Part shown: in pieces, positions 36,973 through 47,321 of the stretch | Numbering within the stretch: the first letter of the stretch is position 1 | How the letters are laid out: every line of letters begins with the position of its first letter | Origin: an uncultured Gammaproteobacteria bacterium | GTDB lineage: Bacteria > Patescibacteriota > Patescibacteriia > Magasanikbacterales > UBA922 | DNA: 64,000 nucleotides | Assembly (NCBI GenBank): GCA_964565405.1 | Contig: CAZMEW010000002.1 | Span: forward strand, 20,918 to 84,917 | Reading direction: 5' to 3' | Translations under genes and position numbers: made by a program | The notes under the pieces: generated by a model | Seen by the model: the letters and a program-made list of their open reading frames with translations, nothing else | Databases searched by the model: none | What the model was told of the DNA's origin: nothing

Positions 36973-37977
36973 TCAATCATCCTTTCGCTTCTTACCATGG
37001 AATTTTTTGTGTATATTCAGCAATTCTTTGTCAGTAATATGGGTATAAATTTGGGTCGTGGTAATAGATGCATGTCCCAACATTGATTGGACGCTACGAA
37101 TATCAGCACCATTTTGTAGCAGGTCAGTTGCGTATGAATGGCGAAGCGTATGGGGTGTAACTGACTTAGTAATTCCAGCCTCACGTGCGTGTTTTTGTAC
37201 AATACGCTGTACTGAGCGTGTACTGAGCGGTTCGTCGTACCCGTCTTTGGATTTATTTGTTGCAATTTCTTGTTTTTTACTTCGCTTATCATGTGAAACA
37301 AAGAGATACGAATGGATATCATTTCGGGCGTCTAGATATTTTTTGAGCCAGTATTTTGCCTGTTCTGAGATAAAAACTACGCGGGTTTTGCGTCCCTTAC
37401 CCGTAACCCTAAATTCATCACGCGTAAGGTTGACATCATCTTTTTTTAGTTTCACGAGTTCTGATACGCGAAGACCTGTAGAAAATAACAGCTCGAGAAT
37501 TGATTTATCTCGATAGGCAATGAGCAGTGTTGGTCCTGCCGAAATCTTTTTCCCCTCCGCCTCGAGTTTTTTAGTGTTGATATTTTTAAGGGGGGCTTCA
37601 AGGATTCGATTAAGATCGCTTCCATCGAGAAAAGATACCTCCCGATCAGGCATCTTCATGAGCTCTATTTTTTCTGCGGGGAGTGTCGGGACGTCTCGTT
37701 TAGCCAAATATTTAAGAAACGTGCGAAGTGCGATCAGATGATAGTTCTGGGTATTCTTTTTGAGTGGTTCACCGTGTACATCAATAAGACGATTAAGCCA
37801 CAATCGAAATTGGCGAACATCTTCGTAGGTGAGGTCAGATGGTTTTTTGTTCGGACCAAACCACTCAACGAAACGTTTAAGATAAAAATCGTAGTTTTTG
37901 GTGGTTTTGTCACTTCGATTCTTCTCAATTTCAAGATGTTCGAGAAAATCAGTTTTGTATTGTGACAATGTTTGCAT
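36973..37977 (-). CDS. xerD: tyrosine recombinase XerC/XerD family
   Basis: HTLRHSYATDLL...GADIRSVQSMLGHASITTTQIYTH with the catalytic Tyr. Confidence 0.8.
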   Translation of the reverse strand: MQTLSQYKTDFLEHLEIEKNRSDKTTKNYDFYLKRFVEWFGPNKKPSDLTYEDVRQFRLWLNRLIDVHGEPLKKNTQNYHLIALRTFLKYLAKRDVPTLPAEKIELMKMPDREVSFLDGSDLNRILEAPLKNINTKKLEAEGKKISAGPTLLIAYRDKSILELLFSTGLRVSELVKLKKDDVNLTRDEFRVTGKGRKTRVVFISEQAKYWLKKYLDARNDIHSYLFVSHDKRSKKQEIATNKSKDGYDEPLSTRSVQRIVQKHAREAGITKSVTPHTLRHSYATDLLQNGADIRSVQSMLGHASITTTQIYTHITDKELLNIHKKFHGKKRKDD

Positions 37978-38056
37978 AAAAAAATAAATTTGTGTCGCAC
38001 AATACAGTATAGCAGGAAAATTTTTATTTTTCTAGTAAAAATGTCAAAAAAAGGGA

Positions 38057-38085
38057 TTGACAAAAGGCATTTTTTATGGTATAGT
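38057..38085 (+). promoter_or_regulatory. sigma70-like promoter (TTGACA-17bp-TATAGT)
   Basis: TTGACA at 38057-38062 and TATAGT at 38080-38085. Confidence 0.45.
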
Positions 38086-38162
38086 ATATAACGTTGCAAC
38101 ATAAAAAAAGATCTAGGCGAAGCTTTTGCGAAGCCAGATACAAAAAACAAATAAACAAACAT

Positions 38163-38291
38163 ATGCAACAGAAATATATGGCGACAGACGCCGCAAAGTC
38201 TGAGTTCTCTTTAGTATATTATTATCTTGCGACAGGGATAGCTATTGCGCTGGCAGTATTTATCTTTGTTCCTCGTTTAACATTAAGGTGA
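38163..38291 (+). CDS. possible small membrane protein (42 aa)
   Basis: MQQKYMATDAAKSEFSLVYYYLATGIAIALAVFIFVPRLTLR, followed by a GAAGCGGCCC/GGGCTGCTTC hairpin. Confidence 0.3.
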   Translation: MQQKYMATDAAKSEFSLVYYYLATGIAIALAVFIFVPRLTLR

Positions 38292-38352
38292 AAAGTGGAA
38301 GCGGCCCACCCGGGCTGCTTCTGTACACCAATTTTTATTTAATTAATCATGT

Positions 38353-39318
38353 ATGTTTAAGAAATTAGCTATAATAACTACATTAGCGCTCGCACTTGGG
38401 TCGGTAAGCATTCCTCGGTATGTAGTAGCAACTACCGATGATACCGTGTCGGTCGAAGTGGAGAGTCAGGTAGAAGTAAGTGCGGACACCAGCTCCACTG
38501 CCAGTGGAGAGGAAACGTCTACTTCCCCATGGAAACTGTTTGTCCTCGGAGTGAGAGAGCGACTATCACTCCTGACAACCTTTGATCCAGTAAAAAAGGC
38601 AGAGAAAGCCCTCAAGTTCGCCGAAGAGCGAACCAAAATAGCGGAAAAACTCGCTGAGAAGGCAGATGATCCAAAAGTGCAAGAACGTTTGGATAAGGTA
38701 CTCAAAAGGGCAGCAAGTCTGGAAGAAAGAGCGGATAGTGTCAAAGACCGGTTGCTCGATAATCCAGATGCCCGAAAAAAATTACTTTTGAAAAATTTGT
38801 TGAATTTTAAAGAACACAAAGAAGAAGTGTTTTCAAAGTTGGAAGAAAAACTAAATCCAGAACAAGTTGAAAAATTAAAACAACTTCACTCCCAAGCCGA
38901 AGAAAAGAGTAAGGCGTTATTAAACGCACTTGAAAATGAAAATCTTCCAGAAGAAATTCGAGAACACCTCGAAGGAGTAAAAGCAAAGATGGAAGAGAAC
39001 AAAAAAGAAGCTGAAGAGTTTCGCGGCGCGCAACAAGAGCTTATTGATCGCATTAAATCTGGAGATGAAGCTGCAAAAGAAGAATTACAGACGCTTCGAG
39101 AAGATAGAGCAGCAGAGATTAAAGTAAACGTCGAAGAACGGGTTGAAAAACGGGAACAATTAAAAGAAAATCTAAAGGTCAATGCTTCGACTACCCGCCC
39201 TCAAGTGCGACCTATCAAAAATAATCTTGAAGGGGAAGAAAAAAAGGTAGAGTCACGCTCTGAAACTCGTCCGCAGGTTCGCCCGATATTACCTCTTCGG
39301 GAAAGACCACAGAATTAA
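38353..39318 (+). CDS. secreted charged coiled-coil protein with a duplicated TRPQVRPI motif
   Basis: Signal peptide and a long K/E-rich helical region. Confidence 0.55.
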   Translation: MFKKLAIITTLALALGSVSIPRYVVATTDDTVSVEVESQVEVSADTSSTASGEETSTSPWKLFVLGVRERLSLLTTFDPVKKAEKALKFAEERTKIAEKLAEKADDPKVQERLDKVLKRAASLEERADSVKDRLLDNPDARKKLLLKNLLNFKEHKEEVFSKLEEKLNPEQVEKLKQLHSQAEEKSKALLNALENENLPEEIREHLEGVKAKMEENKKEAEEFRGAQQELIDRIKSGDEAAKEELQTLREDRAAEIKVNVEERVEKREQLKENLKVNASTTRPQVRPIKNNLEGEEKKVESRSETRPQVRPILPLRERPQN

Positions 39319-39369
39319 AGAAAAAAGACTGGTTGAAAACCAGTCTTTTTTTCGGTATGCTTATGCTCT

Positions 39370-39846
39370 ATGAAATATGATTTGGTTTTGATCTTGCCTA
39401 ATATCCGCTCCTGCCATAACGTAGGAGCTATGTTTCGGACAGCTGATGCCTGCGGATTTGGTAAGCTCTACCTCGTAGGATACACGCCAGTGCCACCGAG
39501 GAAAGAAATTGATAAAGTAGCCCTAGGTGCAGAGAAAAGCGTTGCCTGGGAGCAAAAACAAAGCTTAGGCAGGCTTATTCTTTCACTCAAAAGAAAGGGG
39601 TATACAATTGTTTCTTTGGAAAAGACAAACGAGAGTAAAGAATTGAATGTTCTCACCAAAAAGATACTTGGAGAAAAAATTGCACTCATCGTAGGGAATG
39701 AGGTTGACGGAATTGATAAAAAAACAATTGAAAAAAGTAATTACATCGTACACATTCCTATGCGAGGTGTAAAAGAAAGTCTCAATGTGTCTGTAGCGGC
39801 GGGTATTGCGATGTATACAATAAGTGACAAGGTGTATAGAGCATGA
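39370..39846 (+). CDS. SpoU/TrmH-family RNA 2'-O-methyltransferase
   Basis: LIVGNEVDGI...HIPMRGVKESLNVSVAAGIAMY, a SPOUT fold. Confidence 0.8.
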   Translation: MKYDLVLILPNIRSCHNVGAMFRTADACGFGKLYLVGYTPVPPRKEIDKVALGAEKSVAWEQKQSLGRLILSLKRKGYTIVSLEKTNESKELNVLTKKILGEKIALIVGNEVDGIDKKTIEKSNYIVHIPMRGVKESLNVSVAAGIAMYTISDKVYRA

Positions 39847-39930
39847 TACTAGGAGCTTGAAAAAAGCTCTTAATTTGTTATATTGTAAGTACTTAATCAC
39901 CAATTTTAGAGATATTGTAGATAAAAACCT

Positions 39931-40974
39931 ATGTCTGTAGATCCATCACTCCATTTTGTTCGTTCATTACCAGAAGGCACGGTAAATCGCAAAGAAGTGA
40001 GTATATCGATTAGAAGGATTTTGGAAGAAGCTGAAAGTTTGGGAATTATCTGGGAAATCATACCTGATACAGATATTGTTCGACTGAGCTATAAGGATAA
40101 GGTACAAGTCTTTAGAGCTGGTTTTCCAAACACCACGAGTTATAATGCGGCAGAGATTTGTTATGATAAGCAACTGTGCAAAAAGGTTCTCGAGAAAGCT
40201 GGATTAGAGGTTATGCCGGGATTTATGGTGTATGAAAAAGACTCAGAGGAGCGTATCAAATCCATGTGGGATACTCTACAAAAACCAGTAGTATTGAAAC
40301 CAGCAAAAGGTTCTCGTGGTAAGGGGGTGGTAATGGACATTACGGATTTTTCTCAATGTTTGAGTAATATTCATGAGTATTTTAAAGCACCTCTCTATGA
40401 AGGGGGTCTAATATTGGAGGAGATGTTTGTTGGAAAAGAATATCGAATCATGGCTACACCAGAAAAAACTTTGGCGGTATTAGAAAGAATTCCTGCACAT
40501 GTGATTGGTGACGGCGAGCATACGATTGAACAACTGATTGAAATCGAGAATAAAAATCCAATGCGCAACATTTCTCAAATAATTTACCCCCACATTGCAC
40601 TGAATAGTACTTCTCTTGAACTACTTAATAAACAAAAATTAACCAGAGCATCAGTACCCGAGAACGGGCAACATGTGGTACTTCAGAATATTTCTAATAT
40701 CATGGCCGGGGGGGTGGCGGTAGATAGAACTGATGAAGCACATGAGTCAGTCAAAAGAATCGCGGTAGAAGCGGTGCGCGCAATCCCAGGGCTCGGCTGG
40801 ACAGGTATTGATTTTATGACCAAAGATATCGAAGGACCACAATCAAAAGGCACCTACACAATTATTGAAATGAATTCTTCTCCTGAGTTCGATATGCACG
40901 ATATGCCTATGGAAGGAAAGCCCCGAGGAGTGACCAAAGAGTTTTTATTTACAATGTTTCCGGAGTTACGTTAA
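39931..40974 (+). CDS. ATP-grasp family ligase (RimK/cyanophycin-synthetase-like), paralog A
   Basis: VVLKPAKGSRGKGV and YTIIEMNSSPEF. Confidence 0.65.
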   Translation: MSVDPSLHFVRSLPEGTVNRKEVSISIRRILEEAESLGIIWEIIPDTDIVRLSYKDKVQVFRAGFPNTTSYNAAEICYDKQLCKKVLEKAGLEVMPGFMVYEKDSEERIKSMWDTLQKPVVLKPAKGSRGKGVVMDITDFSQCLSNIHEYFKAPLYEGGLILEEMFVGKEYRIMATPEKTLAVLERIPAHVIGDGEHTIEQLIEIENKNPMRNISQIIYPHIALNSTSLELLNKQKLTRASVPENGQHVVLQNISNIMAGGVAVDRTDEAHESVKRIAVEAVRAIPGLGWTGIDFMTKDIEGPQSKGTYTIIEMNSSPEFDMHDMPMEGKPRGVTKEFLFTMFPELR

Positions 40975-41008
40975 TAGAGATATACATAAAAACCGGCCAA
41001 GCCGGTTT

Positions 41009-41920
41009 TTATGATAAGTCCATAAATACGGCAGCCAATTTTTCTTTGAGGGTTTTGAAGACTGGGTGGTCAGCATTCGGCAGAAGTCCAAGTTCGGAGT
41101 TCATTTCTATGATTTTGTACCCCTGAGGAGTGGAAGCAAAATCAATGCCGTAAAATCTATGAGGGATGTGTGAAAAATGACGATCAATGGTTTTGGTAAT
41201 TTCAAAAATATCTCGAGGGAGTTTTTTCAATTCAACCATTGTAAACGTTCCACCCTGAGATACATTTGCGATCAGGCTCCCCTTTGGAGGAGTGCGAACA
41301 TACGAATAAAGAATTTCTCCATCAAATATTGCTACTCGCAAATCATGGGTTCCTTTGATAATGTTGGGGATCCCCTCTGAGCTATCAAGGAATTCAGATA
41401 CTACCGCAGGAAACATAAGCTTTCTTTCGTGTTTCTTAAAATATCTTTTTTCTTCGATCTTCACTCCAATGCCTTCAGCGCCAGCGTAGGGTTTGAAGAC
41501 TATATGCGTAGTGGTAATTTTGGGCAGAATAGAGTAGAGCTCTTGAGGGTTGGTAACAAAGAATGTTAATGGACAAAATTCAGAAAAATTCTGAAACATG
41601 AGCCATTTGTTATTGCAGATCAGGTTTAAGTGTGGAACATTGAAAACAGGGACGGTATTATCGGACACAAATAAACCTTTATCAAAAATTACCTCAGCTG
41701 TGATAGGCCCAGTCTCTTTAAGAGCACCGTCCTCAATAATCCATGATCGCGAAAAAGAACCGTTTCCTAAATATGTTTTTTGATCTCGTACAATATAGAA
41801 CTGTCCACCTTGAGTTGTGATCTCCTGTGATAATTCAGAATAAGCAGTCCAGTAATCACCTTTTGAAAAGGGCTCATCCATTGCTCCTGGGTGTCTGAAA
41901 AACACGGCAACTTTTTTCAT
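41009..41920 (-). CDS. ATP-grasp family ligase, paralog B
   Basis: IVFKPYAGAEGIGV and YKIIEMNSELG; start chosen at MKKVAVFF. Confidence 0.6.
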   Translation of the reverse strand: MKKVAVFFRHPGAMDEPFSKGDYWTAYSELSQEITTQGGQFYIVRDQKTYLGNGSFSRSWIIEDGALKETGPITAEVIFDKGLFVSDNTVPVFNVPHLNLICNNKWLMFQNFSEFCPLTFFVTNPQELYSILPKITTTHIVFKPYAGAEGIGVKIEEKRYFKKHERKLMFPAVVSEFLDSSEGIPNIIKGTHDLRVAIFDGEILYSYVRTPPKGSLIANVSQGGTFTMVELKKLPRDIFEITKTIDRHFSHIPHRFYGIDFASTPQGYKIIEMNSELGLLPNADHPVFKTLKEKLAAVFMDLS

Positions 41921-42020
41921 AGATTTTGTATTTATGAGAAGTGAGCCATATCTTATCATGTTTTTGCAAAAAATCAACCCATACCGTATAGTGTGAATTA
42001 TAAATAAATAAGTCTCAAAT

Positions 42021-42695
42021 ATGAATACTGTTGTATTTGATATTGAAACAATTCCGGTTGAATTTGATGGATTAGATTCCGAATGTCAGGAGTATCTGCT
42101 TAAATTTGCGAAAACTGATGAAGAAAAAGAAGATGTAAAGCAGCAAATGGCACTCTGGGCCCCTACGAATCAGATTGTCGCAATCGGAATGCTCTCAGTA
42201 GAGAGCGGGAAGGGGGCTGTGTATTTCCAGACTTCAAAAGAAGGCGTTGAATCGTATGAAAAAGATGGAATTAAGTACGAATGCGGGGGAGAAAAGGAAA
42301 TTCTTGAAAAATTCTGGAAGGCCATCTCGTTTTCACAGAAATTTGTGACTTTTAATGGTCGAGGATTTGATTGTCCAGTCCTCATGCTTCGCTCAGCAAT
42401 GGTTGGAGTAAAGCCGACTAAAAATCTTTCACCCTATCGCTACAGTACCGATGTACATGTGGATCTTCTTGAACAATTGACCTTCTATAACGCCTGCCGT
42501 AAATTCAATCTTGATTTTTATTGCAAAGCATTTGGTATTAAGTCCCCAAAATCAAATGGGGTAAATGGACATGAGGTATTACCCTTCTTCAGGGAAGGAA
42601 AATGTAAGGAAATTGCTGAATATTGCGCAGGGGATTTGCATGCGACGAAAGAGTTATATATACGATGGAAAGAGAACTTATCTTTTCAGCATTGA
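42021..42695 (+). CDS. DEDD-type 3'-5' exonuclease (RNase H-like fold, PolB-exonuclease-like)
   Basis: VFDIETIP (motif I), FNGRGFDCPVL (motif II), YCAGDLHAT (motif III, YxxxD). Confidence 0.65.
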   Translation: MNTVVFDIETIPVEFDGLDSECQEYLLKFAKTDEEKEDVKQQMALWAPTNQIVAIGMLSVESGKGAVYFQTSKEGVESYEKDGIKYECGGEKEILEKFWKAISFSQKFVTFNGRGFDCPVLMLRSAMVGVKPTKNLSPYRYSTDVHVDLLEQLTFYNACRKFNLDFYCKAFGIKSPKSNGVNGHEVLPFFREGKCKEIAEYCAGDLHATKELYIRWKENLSFQH

Positions 42696-42785
42696 TTATT
42701 TTGAATAGAAACGATCAACGAACAATGTGCAACAAGCGAATTTGAATTAAGGTCGTCGATCGTAGATTATTGTTCGTTGAGAAAT

Positions 42786-42820
42786 TCTTGATATGTGTTA
42801 CGTGATATGTGTTACGTGCT
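42786..42820 (+). repeat. tandem 14-bp direct repeat (ATATGTGTTACGTG x2) in the promoter region
   Basis: cttgATATGTGTTACGTGATATGTGTTACGTGctgtgcTATACT. Confidence 0.5.
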
Positions 42821-42839
42821 GTGCTATACTATCTCCACT

Positions 42840-43544
42840 ATGCAACCTATTGTCCAACACACACTATCAATCTACGAGACCATTCTCAATCGTCTCCCCC
42901 CATTAGTTCCTCAAAATATAAAACAAGCCCTGGAGGTGGAACTTGATCGTCTGTATAGAATAGAAGATCCTTCTCTTGGTGAAATTGAGCAATCTATGTC
43001 AGAGTATGGGATGAAAGTATGGCCGTATATTAAGGCGTTTGAAGAAATCATGGCATCCCATGAAGGACTTATTGCAGATAAGATTTTTATACAAAAAGCT
43101 TCTCTTCCGCTTCGCAAGAAGTATCTCTTGGTACGGGGACTCGGTGGGGGATTTCAATCAGTATATACTGGCTCTCTACGTGAACATTTTGACCATAATG
43201 AGAGGCGAGAGTTGAATGAACTTTTGGTAGACCTGAAACGTGATATTCGCCGCTATGCAATGCAGGCCGTATTGACCCATGATCGGAAAACATACGAAGA
43301 GAAAATCGAATATTATGGCCGTATGATCGAAGAAATTAATACCGTGGTCGGCTTGCTTCGTGAGATTGCCAAAGACCAGGGTGAAGATCATTATGATCTG
43401 GCGCTTGATGTACAGAGTAACATCAAAGCCATCGAACATAGCGTTGCATTTCTTGGTCCGATGATTAAGATAGAAGAAATCCGTCAGATGCCTGAATATT
43501 ATCACGGGAGGAGAGAAGAACGGAGAGTGCGGTGGGGAATATAA
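42840..43544 (+). CDS. hypothetical helical protein
   Basis: ORF with start chosen at MQPIVQH. No recognisable family. Confidence 0.5.
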   Translation: MQPIVQHTLSIYETILNRLPPLVPQNIKQALEVELDRLYRIEDPSLGEIEQSMSEYGMKVWPYIKAFEEIMASHEGLIADKIFIQKASLPLRKKYLLVRGLGGGFQSVYTGSLREHFDHNERRELNELLVDLKRDIRRYAMQAVLTHDRKTYEEKIEYYGRMIEEINTVVGLLREIAKDQGEDHYDLALDVQSNIKAIEHSVAFLGPMIKIEEIRQMPEYYHGRREERRVRWGI

Positions 43545-43562
43545 AACAAAAAAACCGGAGCG

Positions 43563-44861
43563 TTACTCCGGTTTTTTTGTTTCTGTTTCTATTTCAGTCA
43601 TCTGCTCGAGTCGTCTGATGTCTGCAAGAAGTTCTGATTTTTCTGGGTTGAAGAGAAGAATATTGAATACACTCGTGCCACCATGCTTGGCATACGTGCA
43701 CAAATCCCCGATTTTTTTGTTTACAATAATTTCTTTGAATGATTTGAGCTCCTGTGCCCGTTTCACTCCTGTTAACTTACTCAAGTACCCTTCTTTTTTT
43801 GCAAAAAATTTCATGTACACTGTATGTCCTTTGATTTTTCGTTTGATGTGTACCTGCTCTGGTATACGAATCAGAATATCATTGGCTGTATGGTTGATTC
43901 CGTATGAATATTCGTACATTTGTTGTCGGTAACCACCTACTCGAGCAGCAAGTTCAATAATTTTCCATCCAGCTTCAGTCTTCATAAGCTCAATATGTGC
44001 GGTAGTACTGCGAAGCGCGAGTGCTTTGATTGCTTGGCGTGCAACATCACGTGCGGCGGATGTACTTTCTTCATTGAGACCGGTTGGAGTCATCTGCTGA
44101 TATCCAAAAAAATCGTCAAATCCGATTGATCGTCCGGTTTTAATATGTACCATTGGAACAAAATATACTTTTCCTCTACCAGAAACGTAGGCATCGACTG
44201 AATACATGTCGCCATCCATGAATTGTTCGACGAGTACCTGTGGTTTCCAGTTACCGCCAGTCTCTTGATAGACTGAATTAATTTTTTTGAATACCTTTTT
44301 AAGACTCGCTTCGAGTTCTTCTTTGTGAAAACAGATAGTCACCAGCCTGCTTGCTGCGAGACCTGTTGGTTTTACCACGAGAGGGAATCCGACTTTTTGC
44401 TCGATTCGATCTAGGGAAGCTTTGGTCGTGTCAGTGACGATAGTATATTCAGGCGCGATTTTTTTGTTATAGGTATAGAGACGTCTCCGCATACTGAGTT
44501 TATCAGAGGCCCAGTGGAGTGATTCGGTGGTAGGAGTACGCAAATACGGTACAAAGGGGATAACTCGAGCAAACATTTCCATATAGTCTTCTCCGCGGCA
44601 AGAAATTGCGAGAAGTTGGTCTTCATAGGGTAGGAGAGTTTCCTGGATTGCTCTCTCTGAGAATGTGTCACAAGTCAGAGCGATATCAATACTTTTTAGT
44701 AATTCATCAGTCGGAGCGTGGCGTTTTTCTTTTGCATCATATAAAAGCGCAATTCGTAATTTGCGTTTGCTTTCTTTTTCATACGCACGAAGAGAAGTAA
44801 CCATGTATGGTTGGATTTTTCCCACGTAGAGTACGATATTCTGTTTATGTTTGGAAGACAT
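43563..44861 (-). CDS. ATP-grasp family ligase, paralog C (432 aa)
   Basis: FPLVVKPTGLAASRLV and KIIELAARVGG. Confidence 0.6.
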   Translation of the reverse strand: MSSKHKQNIVLYVGKIQPYMVTSLRAYEKESKRKLRIALLYDAKEKRHAPTDELLKSIDIALTCDTFSERAIQETLLPYEDQLLAISCRGEDYMEMFARVIPFVPYLRTPTTESLHWASDKLSMRRRLYTYNKKIAPEYTIVTDTTKASLDRIEQKVGFPLVVKPTGLAASRLVTICFHKEELEASLKKVFKKINSVYQETGGNWKPQVLVEQFMDGDMYSVDAYVSGRGKVYFVPMVHIKTGRSIGFDDFFGYQQMTPTGLNEESTSAARDVARQAIKALALRSTTAHIELMKTEAGWKIIELAARVGGYRQQMYEYSYGINHTANDILIRIPEQVHIKRKIKGHTVYMKFFAKKEGYLSKLTGVKRAQELKSFKEIIVNKKIGDLCTYAKHGGTSVFNILLFNPEKSELLADIRRLEQMTEIETETKKPE

Positions 44862-44928
44862 AGTCCAACATATATAAAATCAAAAAATGTTCGCTATTTT
44901 TATCATAAAATAGCGTTCTTGTCAAGTA

Positions 44929-45900
44929 TTAAGGAAGCTTTTTTGGCTCAATAGAGCTGTATTTTTTGATAATTTTTGAAATTTGTATTGTATTCTGGAG
45001 ACCTGTGTGACCGCCAAAGCGCTGTACAACTGACGAAGCGTTAGCACTACCCCACCGCATTGCTTCAACGATTGAATGTTTTTTGAGGATTGCAGCCATG
45101 AATCCACTTGCATATGCATCACCCGCACCAGTACGCGACACTGTTTTGACAGGAAAACATGCCATATGATGTATTATGCCGTTCTCAGATACATACGAAC
45201 CGCGACTACCGTCAGTAACAATTACGGTCTCAACCCCCGCGTGATGTAATAAAGAACACAGTTCTTTGATGTCAGCACTTTTTTTAGTTAATTTTTGTGC
45301 CTCTTCTTTGTTTACAAACAAAAAGTTAATGTAGGGGAGTAATTTTTTTGTATGACCGACCCCTTCAGCGCATTGATACGAACCCGGATTACAGGCAAGA
45401 ATAGTCTCTGGATGTCTTTTTTTATATAGTATTACATTTTTTTGGACCCTCTCAAATGTTTTACCAAGCGAAGTGTAGTAAATAGCCCTTGTAGAACCTA
45501 ATGCAGGAGGTGAGTAGACTCTTTTGGCATGGTATGAAAGGATTGTTCGTTCGCTTTTATAATTTAATACAACTGAATAACGGGTTTCTTTCCCCTTATT
45601 TATTTTAATATATCGTGTATCAACTCCAAGATGAGCCAAATCTTCTCTGATAACGAGTCCATTGGTATCATCACCAACTTCAGTAACTATCGCTGTTCGT
45701 AGACCCAGTTTTTGAGCCCCTACGGCCACATTTGCTGCGTTCCCGCCAACTCCCTGGTGCGCACCTGTAATGGGTATTTTTTCTGCATATGTAAAACACA
45801 ACTGACATTCGTTTGTTTTTACATCGCAATTAAGGGTTGCGTCGTCAATCTGGAGAAAGGTGTCAATCGTTGAATCTCCGATCGTTATGATATCGTACAT
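44929..45900 (-). CDS. PfkB-family carbohydrate/nucleoside kinase (ribokinase-like)
   Basis: GGNAANVAVG and TGAGDAYASGF motifs. Confidence 0.8.
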   Translation of the reverse strand: MYDIITIGDSTIDTFLQIDDATLNCDVKTNECQLCFTYAEKIPITGAHQGVGGNAANVAVGAQKLGLRTAIVTEVGDDTNGLVIREDLAHLGVDTRYIKINKGKETRYSVVLNYKSERTILSYHAKRVYSPPALGSTRAIYYTSLGKTFERVQKNVILYKKRHPETILACNPGSYQCAEGVGHTKKLLPYINFLFVNKEEAQKLTKKSADIKELCSLLHHAGVETVIVTDGSRGSYVSENGIIHHMACFPVKTVSRTGAGDAYASGFMAAILKKHSIVEAMRWGSANASSVVQRFGGHTGLQNTIQISKIIKKYSSIEPKKLP

Positions 45901-45902
45901 AC

Positions 45903-46220
45903 TTATCTCAATTTTTTAACCTGTTCCAATCTATCAGGGTTATGTTTATGTAATCCAGTGAGAATTTCGATAAATTCAATAAGTGAGTTGAGTCCGAATG
46001 TAGCGAATGCGAGTACAAAAATTAGATTTCGTATATACAATGCGTACACGAGAAGACAGACGGCGCCGAGTACGAATACAAGGTCTTGTCTGCGCTCGGC
46101 CTCGAGAAATACGCCGTATGAAAGAAAAATAATTCCAAGTCCGGCTACCACATATACTAACGTTTCTAAAATTGATGAAGGTAGCACAGGCAACCATGTT
46201 TCAAGAAGCATACATTTCAA
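45903..46220 (-). CDS. small integral membrane protein (3 TM)
   Basis: 105-aa hydrophobic ORF, co-directional with the downstream kinase. Confidence 0.45.
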   Translation of the reverse strand: MKCMLLETWLPVLPSSILETLVYVVAGLGIIFLSYGVFLEAERRQDLVFVLGAVCLLVYALYIRNLIFVLAFATFGLNSLIEFIEILTGLHKHNPDRLEQVKKLR

Positions 46221-46348
46221 ACTTAAAACTCAAAAATAAAAATCTAAAACTAGATTCAGTATAACATAAGAAGTGTAAAACCAAAATCTATTAATTTGAT
46301 ATGACAGGTCTTGAAGGATTAGATAATATAGAAAGAATAGAAAGAAAT

Positions 46349-47317
46349 CTATTCTTCCCACTTATTGACGTATTCAATTGCTGAGAGAGCTGCGGTAACT
46401 CCCTGTCCAGCAGCAATCACGATTTGTTTGTAGGGAACTGTAGTCACATCTCCTGCTGCAAAGATTCCAGGAATTGAGGTTGCACATTTGAGATCAACGA
46501 CAATCTCTCCTAATGGAGTTTTGTGTACAATCGAGGCAAAGCCCGAGTTTGGGATATTACCAATATGAATCATGACGCCATTGGCGGCAACATCTTTTGT
46601 TTCGTTGGTGGCGATATCACGATAGGTAATACCTTCGACCATGTCAGCTCCCTTGATGTCGATAGTTTGGGCCGCATAAATAATTTCAATGTTCTTCGCT
46701 TTTTTTACTTTATCAATCAAGATGTTTTCACCCTTTGGAAATCCTCCCTTAGTTTCCTTAGTATTAGGGAACTTAGTAATCAAAAATACTTTTTGTGCGA
46801 GTTCAGACATCATAAGAGCTGATTCGAGGGCCGCATTACCTGCTCCAATCGTCACCGTGACCTTTCCTCGGTAGAGAGGTCCATCGCATACGGTGCAATA
46901 GGTAACACCCTTACCTCGAAGTTCTTTTTCCCGGGGAATACCCAATTCTCGAGGGTGAATTCCACTTCCGATCAGTACTGTTTTGGTATAGTAATTTTTT
47001 TCCTCTTTTGAATAATTCTGTGTTTTTACGACAAAATAATTATTCTCTTTCTCGATGTCGATTACTTCATATCCGGTATCGGCTTTTATGCCGTATGATT
47101 CTGCATGTTTATAAAAATCCTGTGCAAGCTGAAATCCAGTCGTGTGAATAATACCTGGCCAGTTCTCTACTTCTCCTGAGAGGGCAACTTCTCCTCCGAT
47201 GTCTTTGGTTACTATTGCAAATTTGAGATTTCGTCGTGCCGCATAGACTGCCGCAGCGCATCCTGCAGCTGCAGCACCGATAATCACGAGGTCATAAAGT
47301 TCATTTTTTTGAGACAT
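46349..47317 (-). CDS. trxB: thioredoxin-disulfide reductase
   Basis: Motifs GAAAAG and CTVCDG for the redox centre and GAGNAA for NADPH binding. Confidence 0.85.
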   Translation of the reverse strand: MSQKNELYDLVIIGAAAAGCAAAVYAARRNLKFAIVTKDIGGEVALSGEVENWPGIIHTTGFQLAQDFYKHAESYGIKADTGYEVIDIEKENNYFVVKTQNYSKEEKNYYTKTVLIGSGIHPRELGIPREKELRGKGVTYCTVCDGPLYRGKVTVTIGAGNAALESALMMSELAQKVFLITKFPNTKETKGGFPKGENILIDKVKKAKNIEIIYAAQTIDIKGADMVEGITYRDIATNETKDVAANGVMIHIGNIPNSGFASIVHKTPLGEIVVDLKCATSIPGIFAAGDVTTVPYKQIVIAAGQGVTAALSAIEYVNKWEE

Positions 47318-47321
47318 AGTA

